Shown here: piece after piece, positions 41,669 to 55,333 of the stretch
How the letters are laid out: each line of letters opens with the position of its first letter
How positions within the stretch are numbered: the first letter of the stretch is position 1
NCBI RefSeq assembly: GCF_006345805.1
Contig: NC_042999.1
Span: forward strand, 156,054,001-156,118,000
Direction: 5' to 3'
Length of the DNA: 64,000 bases
Source of the DNA: Octopus sinensis
Lineage: Eukaryota
Notes under the pieces: model-generated
The model's input: the letters and a program-made list of their open reading frames with translations, nothing else
What the model was told of the DNA's origin: nothing
The model's database searches: none
Position numbers and translations under genes: made by a program

Positions 41669-42620
41669 AATAGACCTAAATAAATTTTTAACTTGTACTT
41701 TTAAAGATGTTCTTTAGGACAACATGAAATATTGAACTTCAGATAGAATAGAGTAAAATATAGTTATGGATAAAAGGTGCATAGATGAGGAATTTTGATT
41801 GAAAGGATGGGGCCTCGAAACAAAAAGTTGCAGGGGGCCTCTAAAAGTCATGTGATGGAGCTGATCGTAGAGTAAGAGGAGTCTTTTGTGTTATTCTTTT
41901 ATTCTTTTATTTGTTTCAGTCATTTGATTGCGGCCAAGCTGGAGCACCACCTTTGTTGAGCAAATCGACCCAGGACTTATTCTTTGTAAGCCTAGTACTT
42001 ATTCTATCGGTCTCTCTTGTCGAACTGCTAAGTTATGGGAACGTAAACACACCAGCATCGGTTGTCAAGTGATGTTGGGGGGGACAAACACAGACACACA
42101 AACATATACACACACATATATATATATATATACATACGATGGGCTTCTTTCAGTTTCTGTCTACCAAATCCACTTACAAGGCTTTGGTCGGCCTGAGGCT
42201 ATAGTAGAAGACACTTGCCCAAGGCGCCATGCAGTGGGACTGAACCCGGAACTATGTGATTCGTAAGCAAGCTACTTACCACACAGCCACTCCTACAACC
42301 TTAAAAAAAAAAAAAGGATGGACACATCAAATGAAGTAGTCCAAAATACTCTGTATTTGAAAGTTTTGATAGGATGGCCATGGCTAGAACTGGTTTCAGC
42401 ATAGATCTACAAAATCAGAGTTGACCCGAGGAGTTAAAAAACAACAGCAACAGCAATTGACAACAATAACTTCCATTCTTCTAGCAGACATTCTGGGTTT
42501 CTTCAATCAGACACTGGAATCATATTTGAGGTTTTAGCTTTTTGGTCAGATTTCAATTCCTATTTAAAGATAAGGGAATAAAAGACATACTGTGGTAGCA
42601 AATTAAATGGTTACACTTAC

Positions 42621-42682
42621 CAATTAATTCTATGGAGCTTCTCAAATTGGCAGCACCAACGTGAAGGATTACTTTCTTTATT
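42621..42682 (-). pseudogene. NPL: Internal NPL-like exon (IKKVILHVGAANLRSSIEL) with apparently damaged acceptor and a 4-nt duplication
   Basis: Resembles the NPL motif VIIHVGALSLKESQEL. Good GTAAGT donor, but the expected acceptor reads CAA rather than CAG, and GAATTAATTG before the donor looks like an AATT duplication. Confidence 0.65.
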
Positions 42683-44287
42683 TTGTTAGTATGAAAAAGA
42701 TAAAATGTAATACATACATATAACCACACACACATGCACACATACAAACATACATACATGCATATATACATAATACACACATCCATACATACATACATCC
42801 ATACATATATACATACATACATGCATACATACTTGCATGTAAACATACATGCATGCATACATACATACATACAAACATATACACATACAAGCATGCATGC
42901 ATATAAACATTTTTCTTTACTCTTTTACTTGTTTCAGTCATTTGACTGTGGCCATGCTAGAGCACCGCCTGTAGTCAAGCAAATCGACCCCAGGACTTAT
43001 TCTTTGTAAGCCTAGTACTTATTCTATTGGTCCCGTTTGCCGAACCGCTAAGTTACAGGGACGTAAACACACCAGCATTGGTTGTCAAGCGATGTTGGTG
43101 GGTGGGATTTTTTTCAGTTTCTGTCTACCAAATCCAGTCACAAGGCTTTGGTTGGCCCGAGGCTATAGTTGAAGACACTTGCCCAAAGTGCCACACTGGA
43201 ACTGAACCCGGAACCATGTGGTTGGTAAGCAAGCTACGTACCACACAGCCACTCTTATGTCTTTCTGAGAGCCCTGTCTATTGCCTGACAGGTTTTGCTT
43301 TTAGTCCAGCTGGGTTCCTCATAATCCTCTTTACCAGCCTAGTATAAGTTCAATGACTATTTGGCCCTCAGAAGTTCTGGGTTCGTGTCTGGCATGCTCG
43401 GAGACCACTGTGAGTGAGGCACCTATCAGCTTTTGTTAAGGCATGTCTCTAGGAGAAGGTCACTCGAATATAAAATCAAATATGCAGAAAATGGCATTGA
43501 ACATTTTGGGGATCTTTTGTGTCCATTTGAGATCATAATGCTCCCACATTCTGGAGCCTACAACCCATTGTTGTCTCTGGATTATATTGTAGGAAGTGAG
43601 GTTGGCACTGGTTGGGTTCCTCACACTTCCTTACATAGTTGTAGAAAGGAAAATAGCGGGATCAAGAATCTCTGAACAAATAACAATAATAATTTATTTT
43701 CGACGAAATACGCATTTCATCTCTGGACATCAGTAGCCTGGACGCCAAGGGGATGGAAGCAGAAGAGTCAGTTGAATCACAATTGTGAAGTCATTCTTCA
43801 TAAATTCACCTAAGTTGTAGATCGTCTTCACACGGAGCTTGTCTGGGTTGCTTCTAGCTCAGTTGGTGGCAGGAGCGAAGAGAGAGAATAGTGGTCAAGC
43901 CTAGCTGCTGCTGATGACTGCGCATGCTCATAAGGGACTTCCAGCAGACCTTCCAGAAGACTAATCCTTGTGCATGCATGGATGAAAATCCCAAAATGGC
44001 GTCTGGAACCAGGTGTCACAACAATATCAATGAGATTAAGAAGGTCTGTGAGGTGTTGTGCAAGCCTTATTGAACCTAAAACTTTAGGTTGAGCAATTGC
44101 TGATGAGGTAACTATCCAGTGCCCATTCAAGTAGGATGGCGCTGTGGTGAGCATGGAAGCCATTGACACAAACCTGGGTGAAGCTGACTGTTGGTGCAAT
44201 AGCCTCAGGCATGAGCAATGCTGGCATTTTGTATAGGCAATGGTCAGATGGTCAGTGACGGTCTTTCTTGGTCATGAGTGGACAGCG

Positions 44288-44319
<32 letters not shown>

Positions 44320-44323
<4 letters not shown>

Positions 44324-44937
44324 ATACAAATAAGAAAATGGAGAAGCAAATTTAGTTTGGTCATCAACTTTTGGATATTAGAATGTTGGATTATTTATTC
44401 ATTTAACAAAATGAGAACCTCAATAGCATACATATATATCTTATAATTCAATACATATAAGATAAGAATATAAATTATAAAAATCATTATATAAATTATT
44501 GAAATCATTAAAATCACTTCTTACAGCTGTTTCAGCCTATGGCTAAAAGTAGTTATTTTAATTTTTATTGCCTGTACTTATCAACATAATGAGGTTGTAG
44601 GCATTTAAAAATAGGATATATATATATATAATATATATATATATGTAATACAAATAAGAAAATGGAGAAGCAAATTTAGTTTGGTCATCAACTTTTGGAT
44701 ATTAGAATGTTGGATTATTTATTCATTTAACAAAATGAGAACCTCAATAGCATACATATATATCTTATAATTCAATACATATAAGATAAGAATATAAATT
44801 ATAAAAATCATTATATAAATTATTGAAATCATTAAAATCACTTCTTACAGCTGTTTCAGCCTATGGCTAAAAGTAGTTATTTTAATTTTTATTGCCTGTA
44901 CTTATCAACATAATGAGGTTGTAGGCATTTAAAAATA

Positions 44938-44945
<8 letters not shown>
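44320..44945. repeat. Tandem duplication of an AT-rich unit of about 300 bp between (TA)n tracts
   Basis: GTAATACAAATAAG...AAATAGGA occurs twice, apparently identical. Confidence 0.9.
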
Positions 44946-44970
<25 letters not shown>

Positions 44971-44974
<4 letters not shown>

Positions 44975-45758
44975 AGTTGGAGTGCACACATCAACAAGAA
45001 GGTCGATATAGCTCGTAGGATGAGTTCCTGGATCTTAAGAACTTTCCTGTCCAGAGAACAAGGTGTCATCATACCACTTTTTTCCTCCTTTGTACGGCCA
45101 CACCTTGAATACTGCTGCCCACTGTGGTCTCCTCACACGAGACAAAACATCTCCAGAATTGAGTCACCCCAGAGGGCACTCACTAAACGAATTTAAGGCA
45201 TGGCTGCTCTCGATTATTGGGATCGCCTTAAAGCCTTGAAACTTTACTCCCTCCAGCGTCGCCATGAGCGGTACATCATTTGTACGATGTGGAAAATATA
45301 CCGCCAACTATGCCCAAACGACCTAAACATTAGCTTCAAGGTTCATCCAAGACTTGGACCACGGGCTGTACGTCCCCTGCCCAATTCAAGATCACAACAT
45401 ACATGTACACTGCAACATAATTTCTTTTCCTCAACAGGCCCTGCCCTATTTAACATTGTCCCGAGGGAGATCAAAAAGGAAAAGGATCCCATCAACTTTA
45501 AACAGAGTCTGGATAGATTCTTTCAAAGAATACCAGATAAGCCACCCATAATTGGATACAACTCACCCAACAAGAACTCACTACTTGAACAAAACTGGAT
45601 ACAACTCACCCAACAAGAACTCACTACTTGAACAAAACTTGACTTAAACAAAACTTGACTTAAACAGGATTCGAATAATCCTATCAGGTGGTGTTATTAA
45701 GTTAGACATGGCCTGGACCAATCTTTGGTCGAAACATATCTAAGTTTATCTAAGTTTA
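44971..45758 (+). mobile_element. CR1-like LINE 3' fragment inserted in (TA)n
   Basis: VRPHLEYCCPLWSP, LDYWDRLKALKLYSLQRR, GPALFNIVP, FKQSLDRF..IPDKP; in-frame stop; terminal hairpin and TATCTAAGTT repeats. Confidence 0.85.
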
Positions 45759-47074
45759 TATATATATATACATATAAGGTGGTGCTGAAAGTTCTTGACT
45801 TCAAGGGCCCAACCATCCGAGTTCTTTTACAAGGCTTAGAAAGAACTAAAGAGCTGCTGCAATAAGTGTGTGAACCTAAGATGAGAACATGTTGAATAAA
45901 ATCATAATTAATTGATCCTTCTCTATTTTCTTTTATCCAAAGCCAGGAACTTTTCAGCACAGCAAATTTATTTTTTTTTTAGAAAAAATAAAATGAAAAA
46001 CTAACGGGGTGGCTATGTAGTAAGTAGCTTGCTTACCAACCACATGGTTCCAGGTTCAGTCTCACTGCGTGGCACCTTGGGCAAGTGTCTTTTACTATAG
46101 CCTTGGGCTGACCAAAACCTTGTGAGTGGATTTGGTAGACGGAAGCTGAAAGAAGTACATCGTATATATGTGTGTGTGTGTGTGTGTGGTGTGTGTGTGT
46201 GTTTGTTTGTCTGTGTTTGTCCCCCCAACATCGCTTGACAACCGATGCTGGTGTGTTTACGTCCCTGTAACTTAGCGGTTCGGCAAATCAGACCGATAGA
46301 ATAAGTACAAGACTTGCAAAGAATAAGTCCTGGAGTCGATTTTCTCGACTAAAGGCGGAGCTCCAGCATGGCCACAGTCAAATGACTGAAACAAGTAAAA
46401 GAGTAAAAGAGAAAGAGTAGAGAAAGAGTAGAGGAAAAACATGAAATCAACAAAAAAATTAAATGTTTTGAAATTCCCTATTTAATGTTGAAATCATTTA
46501 AAAAATATATAGCTTAAGGGAGATAACTTTAAAGCTTACTTTATAATTCTATTTTGTCAGTTAGTTCCCTTGATAAGAATATTTACTGACGAAATATCCA
46601 AATCACCGAAGAAAGTCGAAATAATGAGTGAAAGAGGAAAAAATATATTTGTTGATGGAAGTGCAGAATTGTTTGAGAATCGAACAAAATACTTTACTGC
46701 ATTCAGCTACATTTCTTTGCGTTTCGAGTTCAAATTTAGCTGGAGTGAAATCGTGGGTCTCGATGTAATCCCCTTATATTCCTTCCCTAAAATGTATGGC
46801 TGTGTGGTTAAGAAGCTCGCTTTGCAGCAGATGAACACATGGCTTCGTGTTCGGTCCCACTGCTAGACACTTTGGCCAAGTGTCTTCTACTATAACCCCC
46901 GGTGCGAAATTTTTTTCCCACGAGAGTTTCGGACTCCAGTAATAAACTCATTTACATATAGCCAATCAGAGCTCACCTTGATCTTACAGTTCTATATTTA
47001 AGAGATAAGAAATTATGTACATTATTTACACTATTTACATTTGACGGGTATTTGTCCTTATCTTGTTTGTTGTT

Positions 47075-47117
47075 AACACAATGTTTCGGCTGATATACCC
47101 TCCAGCCTTCATCTGGT
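47075..47117 (-). ncRNA. Decayed hammerhead (core CAGAUGA)
   Basis: AC-CAGAUGA-A-GGCUG-(10 nt)-CAGCC-GAAAC-AUU-GUGUU. Confidence 0.55.
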
Positions 47118-47463
47118 ACACATTCGTGTTACAATGTAATATTTGTACAAGAGCTTTTGTGTGTGTATGTGAGTGTGTGCGTGTGTGTGTGTGTGTGTGC
47201 GTGCGTGCGTGTGTGTGTGTCGTTGTGCCTGCGCTTGGTAGCTGGTGTTGGTGTGCTTACACCCCCATAACTTAACGATTCGGCAAAAAGAATGATAGTA
47301 TAAGTGTCAGGCTTAAAGAAAAAAGTACTGGGGGAAGGGTCAATTCATTTGACTAAAACAAAAGATTCTCAAGCTGGTGTCCCAGCATGACCGCAGTCTG
47401 ACTGAAGCAAGTAAAAGATAGACAGACAGTTAGGTAGGTAGGTAGGTAGACGGACAGACAGAC

Positions 47464-47527
<64 letters not shown>

Positions 47528-47540
47528 GGACGGACGGACG

Positions 47541-47626
<86 letters not shown>

Positions 47627-47649
47627 TAGATAGATAGATAGATAGATAA

Positions 47650-49640
47650 GTTTCTTTATTGGCCACACAGGGCTGCACACAGATGGGACAAGTTACAAGG
47701 TAGAGCTTTTCTTTTGGGGGATGAAAAAAACAAAAAACAAACGAAACAAAAAAAAGGTGGCGTAGGTTTTCGATCAAAAGGGATCGTAAAAGGGAAAAAG
47801 AACAAAAAAATTTTTTAAAAAGTAAAATAAATAAATAAATAAATAAAAAGAAGAAAAGGAAAAGGAACAAAAGAAAAGAGAAATGAAAAAAGAAGAAAAA
47901 AGGGGAAGAGGAAAAAAAACGATCAATAGGGATCGTGTATCACAGTGTTATGATATATGGTGTAAAGGGGAAAGCAAGTAAGGTTTATCCGTGGAAAGAA
48001 AAGCCTACGAAAAAGACCACGGTAACCTTGGTCAATATTGTTATATGTTACCACATTTGTTTTCAATTTCTGGGTTCATAGGATTATGCTCAAGGTGGCT
48101 TTGTCATTCATACGTGCCATCCTTGCTACATTCACCCATCTTTTTTTAAAACATTCGCTAGACAAAACTTGCCTCTCTACTCTCACTTTCCTTTTCAAGA
48201 GGTACTTGAAGAAATTGATGAGAGATTGGCCAGAGAGGAAAGTGTTTGTCTCCAATCCTTTCAGATGCGTCTACCAGATACATTCTTTCGCCATAGCCAC
48301 AAGGATGATGAAAATAGCTCTTCCTTCCCGTTTGAAGGAAGGAGGCGTGACAATATTGACGATAGACTCAGCTGATAAACCGACTCGTCCCACACGTGAC
48401 AGCAGTTGTTCGACATAAGCCCACAGGTCGGAAATTGTTGGACACTGCACGAGTGCGTGCAGAACGGTTTCGTCGCTCTGACCGCATCTCGAGCAGGTCG
48501 GCCCCGTGTTTCTCGAGCCGTGTCTGTAGAGCTTATCCCGAACGGGTAGCGCTTCTCGGTAGCACTGCCAGGCCAGGGATCTCTGGAAGTTGTCCATGGG
48601 CCCTGGCCCGAAAGTCGTCCCGAACAGGCGGGTCAGGTACGTCCAGGTTCGCCCCGAGCTCGTCGTCGTACCTCCCCTCCACTAATCCCCTATAGAATGC
48701 TTTGGTTGTGATGAAGTCACTCAAGGTCGACCCAGGACGGCAGAGTTGCTTGAGAGCAACGCGACACTCGCGGTGCCATTCGCCCTTCCTCGGCCTCTTT
48801 TTGATCCACGACTGCAGTTCGGTCATGAAGACGAGCTGCGGGAAAGCGTGCCTCACAAACGGCTACCACACCTGTTCACCGTCGTCTACGAAGAGCCCGA
48901 GATGTCGCAGTCTCAGCGCGTGTCTGCGCATCATCAACCACGGCATGCCCAGTCCTCCTTTTAACGGGTGTTGACAGCAAATGGATCGCCTGACCATCGG
49001 GACGCATCCTTTCCACAATAAGCGAAAGAGAATGCGTTCTAGTTTGGTGATGGTAGGGTCGGGACAAGGCACGACAGTCAGGCGGTAGTAGATAACGGAC
49101 GCGATGTACGTGTTCGCCACCTCCGCCCGACCTTTTAAGGACAGTTTCCTCTCGGCCCACTGCCGGGCGAGAGTGACCACCCTACTCGTTATCTCGTTCC
49201 AGTTCTTCTCCACTTGGAGGTCCAGACCAAACCAGACCCCGAGCAATTCAACCGGGCTGTCGGTCTAGCGTCCCACGACGGAGGCTCTGGTGGACGGCAT
49301 GGGCTTGCTTCTCCAGGTGCCTAGTCGCAAGCCCACTGCCTTTTCCCGGTTGATTTTCGCTCCTGTCACCGCTTCGTAGTTTTTCAGTGTCTCGCCGACC
49401 TACTCGATGTGCTCGTGGCTAGACACTATGACGGTGACGTCGTCCGCGTATGCAGACACGCTCGTCCCGCATCCCAGTTCTCGCGGGATGCCCCTCAAAG
49501 TTGCCAGCTTCCGCAATAATGGCTCGAGAGTCAATACGTATAGAAGCGACGAGAGGGGGCATCCCTGACGGACCGAACGTGCGATGTCGAAGGGTCTCGA
49601 TAGATGTCCATTTACGCGAATTACCGAACGGATGCCAGAT
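47650..49640 (-). mobile_element. Tx1/L1-like LINE, 5'-truncated and frameshifted
   Basis: RSVRQGCPLSSLLYVLTLEPLLR, AYADDVTV, W.ERKLSLKGRA, GGLGMP, and the zinc finger C.RCGQSDETVLHALVQCP. GC-rich against the AT-rich background. Confidence 0.88.
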
Positions 49641-51699
49641 AGATAAATAGATTTCTTTACAACCCACAAAGGGCTAATTTGAACTCAGAACGTAACAGCA
49701 GACGAAATACCTATTTCTTTACTACCCACAAGGGGCTACACACAGAGAGGACAAACAAGGACAGACAAACGGATTAAGTCGATTACATTGACCCCAGTGT
49801 GTAACTGGTACTTATTTAATCGACCCCGAAAGGATGAAAGGCAAAGACGACCTCGGCGGAATTTGAACTCAGAACGTAACGACAGGTGAAATACCGCTAA
49901 GCATTTTGCCCGGCGTGCTAACGTTTCTGCCAGCTCGCCGCAGATAGATAGAAAGTTTCAGAGAGAGAGAGAGAGAGATTAATCGAGGGTTCGATTCCCA
50001 GACAAGGTGATGCATTGCATTTTTGGACAAAAACACCGCCTTTCACGTTGTCCTGTGATGACTTCGCTACCTGACGTGTGGTGCACTTGTGCATCTGTTG
50101 AGACAATGTTGATTTGGTGAAGGGGCATGAGCTACTGAACATCGCAAACGCCTGAACACAAGAAAACAAATCATTCGTGAAAGTCGTTGAGCCAGAAAAT
50201 ACTGACAACACCCACACTTTGTGTTCGATGGCGGTGTTGGAGGTGGTGGGGGGATTCCATCACTGCTGCGATGACTGTCACCGCCGCTTTCATCATTGTT
50301 GTTGCTTTAATAATTGTAGAAGATTGTGTTTGTTGATACATATTAAATACAGTACTTTTTTTGTTCCTTTTCGAACCACTCCTGCTATTTCTACTATGGT
50401 AAACAAATTTGCTTTTGTTTGCGGCGACAAGAAAGAAAGTTTCAAAGACCCAGCCGTAAAAAGGACAAACGAAAACATAGGAGAGAGAGAGAGAGGGGAG
50501 GGGAGAGAGAGAGATAGACAGACAGACGGAAAGAGTGACAGAGAGAGAGAGTGACAGAGAGAGGGGGAGGGAGAGAGACATACAGACAGACAGAGGGAGA
50601 GAGTGACAGAGAGAGAGAGAGTGACAGAGAGAAGGGCGAGGGAGAGAGAGATAGACAGACAGAGGGAGAGAGTGACAGACAGAGGGAGAGAGAGTGACAG
50701 ACAGACGGAGAGGGAGGAAAGAGAGAAAGAGATAGACCATTGTTCGATGTTACATATTTATGATTTTTGTAGATTTTCTGTGGTGTAGTCATTTTTTATC
50801 GAAGGGAATATTTTTGATATTTTATAAGCAACTGCTTGCACGTAATCGTCCACGTTCAAATGGCATCTGTGTGTGTGTATGAGTGCATGCATGTATGTAT
50901 GCATGCATGTATGCATGTATGTATGTATACATGCATGTATGTATGTATGTATGTATGTATCTCTCTTTTACTCTTTTATTTGTTTCAGTCATTTGACTGC
51001 GGCCATGCTGGAGCACCGCCTTTAGACGAGCAAATCGACCCCGGGACTTATTCTTTGTAAACCCAGTACTCATTCTATCGGTCTCTTTTGCCAAACCGCT
51101 AAGTGACGGGGACGTAAACACACCAGCATCGGTTGTCAAGCAATGCTAGGGGGACAAACACAGACACACAAACACACACACATACATATATATATACATA
51201 TATATATACATATATACGACAGGCGTCTTTCAGTTTCCGTCTACCAAATCCACTCACAAGGCATTGGTCGGCCCGGGGCTATAGAAGACACTTGCCTAAG
51301 ATGCCACGCAGTGGGACTGAACCCGGAACCATGTGGTTGGTTAGCAAGCTACTTACCACACACCCACTCCTGCGCCTATGTATGTATGTATGTATGTATG
51401 TATGTATGTATGTATGTATGTAGTATGTATGTATGTATGTATGTATGTATGTATGTATGTATGTATGTATGCGTGTGTGTCGTTATTCAGTTTTATTTCA
51501 AGATTAGAATGACCCGTCATTTATTGTTGTAAATTATATTTTAGATCCAATGAATCAAAGGATATTGTAATGGATTATAAGATCTAGAACCTCTAGGAAA
51601 TACATTTTCTTTCAACTATTATCTTTATAGGTAAAAATTGCTCCATTGTTGGTAAGATTTCTCCCTCCCCACCCCACCCCCCAAAAAAAATCATCCTTA

Positions 51700-52760
51700 A
51701 AAAAAAATTTTTTTCGACACAAACCCCACTTTTCGGCTACGAGGAATAGCAAAAAAATTGGCAAAAATCGACATTTCTAAATTACCACCCTCACCCCCAT
51801 TTCCTTCATTTTAAACTTTTTTCTCAATATTTTCCCCCCAAAATATTCGGGAAAATACGGAGATAAAGATTCTGAAAGGAATTTCCAAAAATCTTTGTAA
51901 AATTTTTTTTTAAGGAATTTTTCTTTTTCTAAATACGCGGAAAAATACGGACATCATGATTCGGACAAAAATGTCAAAACATTTCTGTGCTTACGGTTTT
52001 AGCGTTACGGTTTCAGGGTTAGGGTTAGGGTTTGAGGAAAAAAAGTCAAAATTGGAGAAGTTGGGGGGAAGGGGAGGAAATTTCACATTGCCGATTTTTG
52101 GCATTTTTCAGGAACCTCCGTATCCCAAAAAAAAACGGGGATTTTTGGTAAAAAAAATTACAAAAATAAAAACAAATTTGGGAGAAATGGCGGGGGGGGG
52201 GGTCTTACCAATTTCTTTCAGAATCATAATCTCTGTATTTATCCGCATACTTTGAAAAAAAAAATGAAGGAATTGGGGGTGGGAGTGGTAGTTTAGCGAT
52301 GTCGATTTTTGCCAACTTTTTTGCAGATTCGTATTCCCCATAGCCGAAAGGGAAGGGGGGTGTCGAAAAAAAAATTTTTTAAAGGGTGGTTTTGGGAAGT
52401 CTTGCCAAGAAATTTCCAAAAATCTTGGTAAAATTTTTTAAAGAATTTTTTTTCTAAGTATGCGGAAAAATACGGACATTATGATTCGGACAAAAATTTC
52501 AAAACATTTTTCTGCTTACAGTTACGGTTTTAGGGTTAGGGTAAGGATTTTAGGGTTAGGGTTATTGTTTTAAGGTTAGTGTTGGGAAAGAAATCAAAAT
52601 TTAAGAAGTTGGAGGGAGTGGGGAATTTCACAATGCCGATTTTTGGTAATTTTCCGGAACCTCCGTATCCAAAAACGGGGATTTTTTGAAAAAAAAAAAA
52701 ATTACAGAAATAAACAAATTTGGGAGAAAAGGAGGGAGGGGGACGGGTGGAAGTCTTTCC
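51700..52760. repeat. Complex repeat with inverted and direct modules and TTAGGG tracts
   Basis: 51705-51812 is inverted relative to 52258-52378; about 51880-52195 is repeated at about 52410-52735; (TTAGGG)-like runs near 52015 and 52530. Confidence 0.7.
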
Positions 52761-53039
52761 GGGCTCATTTTGCGAATGAAACTAACTAGATCCAAAATTT
52801 CATTAAAACTACCCATTTTCTAAAACAAAACAGACTCGATTGAATTTTCCTAAACTCTTCATCTCATCCTCGGAAAAAATTTTTTCACAAATTCCAGTAT
52901 AATTGAAATCTAAACCGTCTCAAGCGAATTTGTAGAAAATTTCATGAAGAAATATTCATTTTCCCGGAAGTTATGAGGCAACAAAGTCAGCGAGGACACA
53001 CTTGTGTAGATATGCCATTGTTAGGATGCCGGCATTGAG

Positions 53040-53848
53040 CAGTGATTCCCAACCTGTGGTCCGCAAAGGTAGTATTGGGACTGCGTGAACATGTTAAGCT
53101 GACAGACCTTTCGATATCCTAGGGTCTGTAGGAAAACTAATTTAGGATCTTTTCGGTTTGACCGGCAGTTTTTAAAAATAATTTCCACGTAACTAAACAC
53201 TTTTAAACTTCGTATACTGGTAGAATGTATTTATAAAACATCTTTTTCTCTTGGCTTTATTGAGAAAATTCTATGGTTTGTAAGATATTTGTTTTTATTT
53301 CTTCAATTTCTGCAATTTCAACCAATCAATGACGTCTATTGAAGTGAAAACATTCTGTGCCGTGTGAATATGTCCCTCGTTTAAGAAACAGATTGGGTTT
53401 ATTTACATTTCTGAAGAAAAAAAGATACCCTTCCCCCATCCTAACCCTAAAACAGATTGAAATGCAATAGATCGATACTAGGGCCATAATTATGGGTGAC
53501 TATTTCATATGACACCGCTAGAAAAAAACTGCCTATTTCTTTACTACCCACAAGGGGCTAAACACAGAGGGGACAAACAAGGACAGATACTCGGATTAAG
53601 TCGATTACATCGACCCTAGTGCGTAACTGGTACTTTATTTATCGCCCCCGAAAGGATGAAAGGCAAAGTCGACCTCGGCGGAATTTGAACTCAGAACGTA
53701 GCGGCAGACGAAATACGACTACGCATTTCGACCGGCGTGCTAACGTTTCTGCCAGCTCTCCGCTAGAAAAAACTGCCGTTCAAACTGAAAAGATGCCTAA
53801 TTTAAATAAAAGAGGTTCTTGGGGTAGTGAAAAGGTTGGAAGCCAATG
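53040..53848. mobile_element. Three-level nest: hAT/Charlie-like MITE containing a TIR element (53145-53797) containing a SINE (about 53534-53759)
   Basis: Outer TIR CAGTGATTCCCAACC / GGTTGGAAGCCAATG; inner TIR of about 28 bp (ATCTTTTCGGTTTGACCGGCAGTTTT); SINE flanked by a duplicated CCGCTAGAAAAAA(A)CTGCC. Confidence 0.7.
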
Positions 53849-53961
53849 ACGTAGAGGAACGTTTGAGCATCAGACAAAAACAAAACAAAAAACGCTTTGT
53901 GCTATTTAGCTACAACTGCTTTCGCTTTAAGTTCAAATTTCACTGTGCTCAACCTTGTTTT

Positions 53962-54180
53962 TCATCCTCCCCCCAGAATCGATAAATAAAGTGCCAGTTA
54001 AGTACTGGCTAATTTAATTAGCTTGACAAACCCTCATCCCCCCAGAATCGATAAATAAAGTGCCAGTTAAGTACTGGCTAATTTAATTAGCTTGACAAAC
54101 CCTCATCCCCCCAGAATCGATAAATAAAGTGCCAGTTAAGTACTGGCTAATTTAATTAGCTTGACAAACCCTCATCCCCA
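53962..54180. repeat. 69-bp tandem repeat x3 inside a SINE
   Basis: CAGAATCG at 53974, 54043 and 54112. Confidence 0.92.
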
Positions 54181-55144
54181 AAATTTCTAAATTTGTGACG
54201 TAGAAACAATTGTTATTCAGGGGAGGTGACTCGTACCCGGTGTTGAAGGATTAAAGGGAAGTAACTACCTAAGCACCGGTGTAAGTGATTGTTGTCAACC
54301 AACGACGCGATCACCTTGTTCTCAATTAACATGGACATGATATAATATATTATTACATTCGCCTTTATTAATAACCTATAAGTGATATATTTTAACCGAC
54401 AGCTCAAGTTTCCAGAATTGCTGTGTGTTTTTCTTTTATCTGGTAAATGCTGTCCTCGGTGAGTAAGATTTTCTATTCACGAGTGCTGCATTTTCACTTT
54501 TTGTTCCTTGTCTTGTAATTCCATCCATGTCAGCAGTTAATGTTGAAACCGAAAGTCCTGTTCGAGAACTATCCTGCAATATTTCTTTGCTTTTACACAC
54601 ACACACACACATCTGTAAGTTAAAAATTTATTATCTTAGTTATTATTCGCAGTTTCTCTTTTTCAACGCATCTAAACTTTAGCTATACCATCCAATCTCT
54701 CAAACATTTCCTTTCCTTATTTAGTCAAGTCAATGTTGACAAGTTTCATCAATCAGCACCACCCTCCGAACACCATTCTTTAAAAATCTATAACATCCAC
54801 TGTATTTTGCTTAGCATATGTTAATATCTTCATTGTGTCCTTCGGGACTATATATATACATATATATATATATATATAAACTTGCGGTTGTAGAATCGTG
54901 GTTTCGATTCCCAGACTGGGCGTTGTGAGTGTTTATTGAGCGAAAACCCCCAAAAGCTCCACGAGTCTCCGGCAGGGGGTGGTGGCGATCCCTGCTGTAC
55001 TCTTTCGCCACAACTTTCTCTCACTCTTTCTTCTGTTGGCCTGCTCGCTTAGCCTGTGGGGTGGCGTCATTTGAAGGCTAAAACAATGCGAAGAGCATTG
55101 TGACCAGCGATGTGTAGCAACATCTGATAATCTGGCCGGTCACA

Positions 55145-55201
<57 letters not shown>

Positions 55202-55333
55202 TTTATAAAGCCATGTGATTCCACCCACCTCAACCGACAAAGGAAACATTACTCGACATAAACCATCGATGCATTCTTCCAATTTGCAGATTCACGTAGA
55301 ACACACTAGATCGTAGTGACGTGTCTAAGAAAG

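Larger units (their letters stand above)
40759..41863. mobile_element. Old hAT-like MITE interrupted by two SINEs
   Basis: Ends CAGGGCCGTTAC / GTGATGGAGCTG, subterminal GGGGCC motifs, degenerate 8-bp flanks GTCATAGG / ATCGTAGA. Confidence 0.4.

Noticed and set aside
43260-44290. About 1 kb of higher-GC unique-looking sequence as a gene
   Set aside because: No recognisable motifs or consistent frame; probably a decayed transposon, left unclassified.
45705-45745. Hairpin+GAAAC in LINE/SINE tails as hammerheads
   Set aside because: No NUGANNA core or stem I; better explained as the LINE 3' recognition stem-loop.
52010-52580. True telomere or fusion site
   Set aside because: Only a few imperfect TTAGGG units, embedded in a duplicated module.
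53962-54180. CRISPR-like periodicity (also at 9078-9430)
   Set aside because: Whole units repeat with no unique spacers, the context is a eukaryotic SINE, and no cas genes are present.
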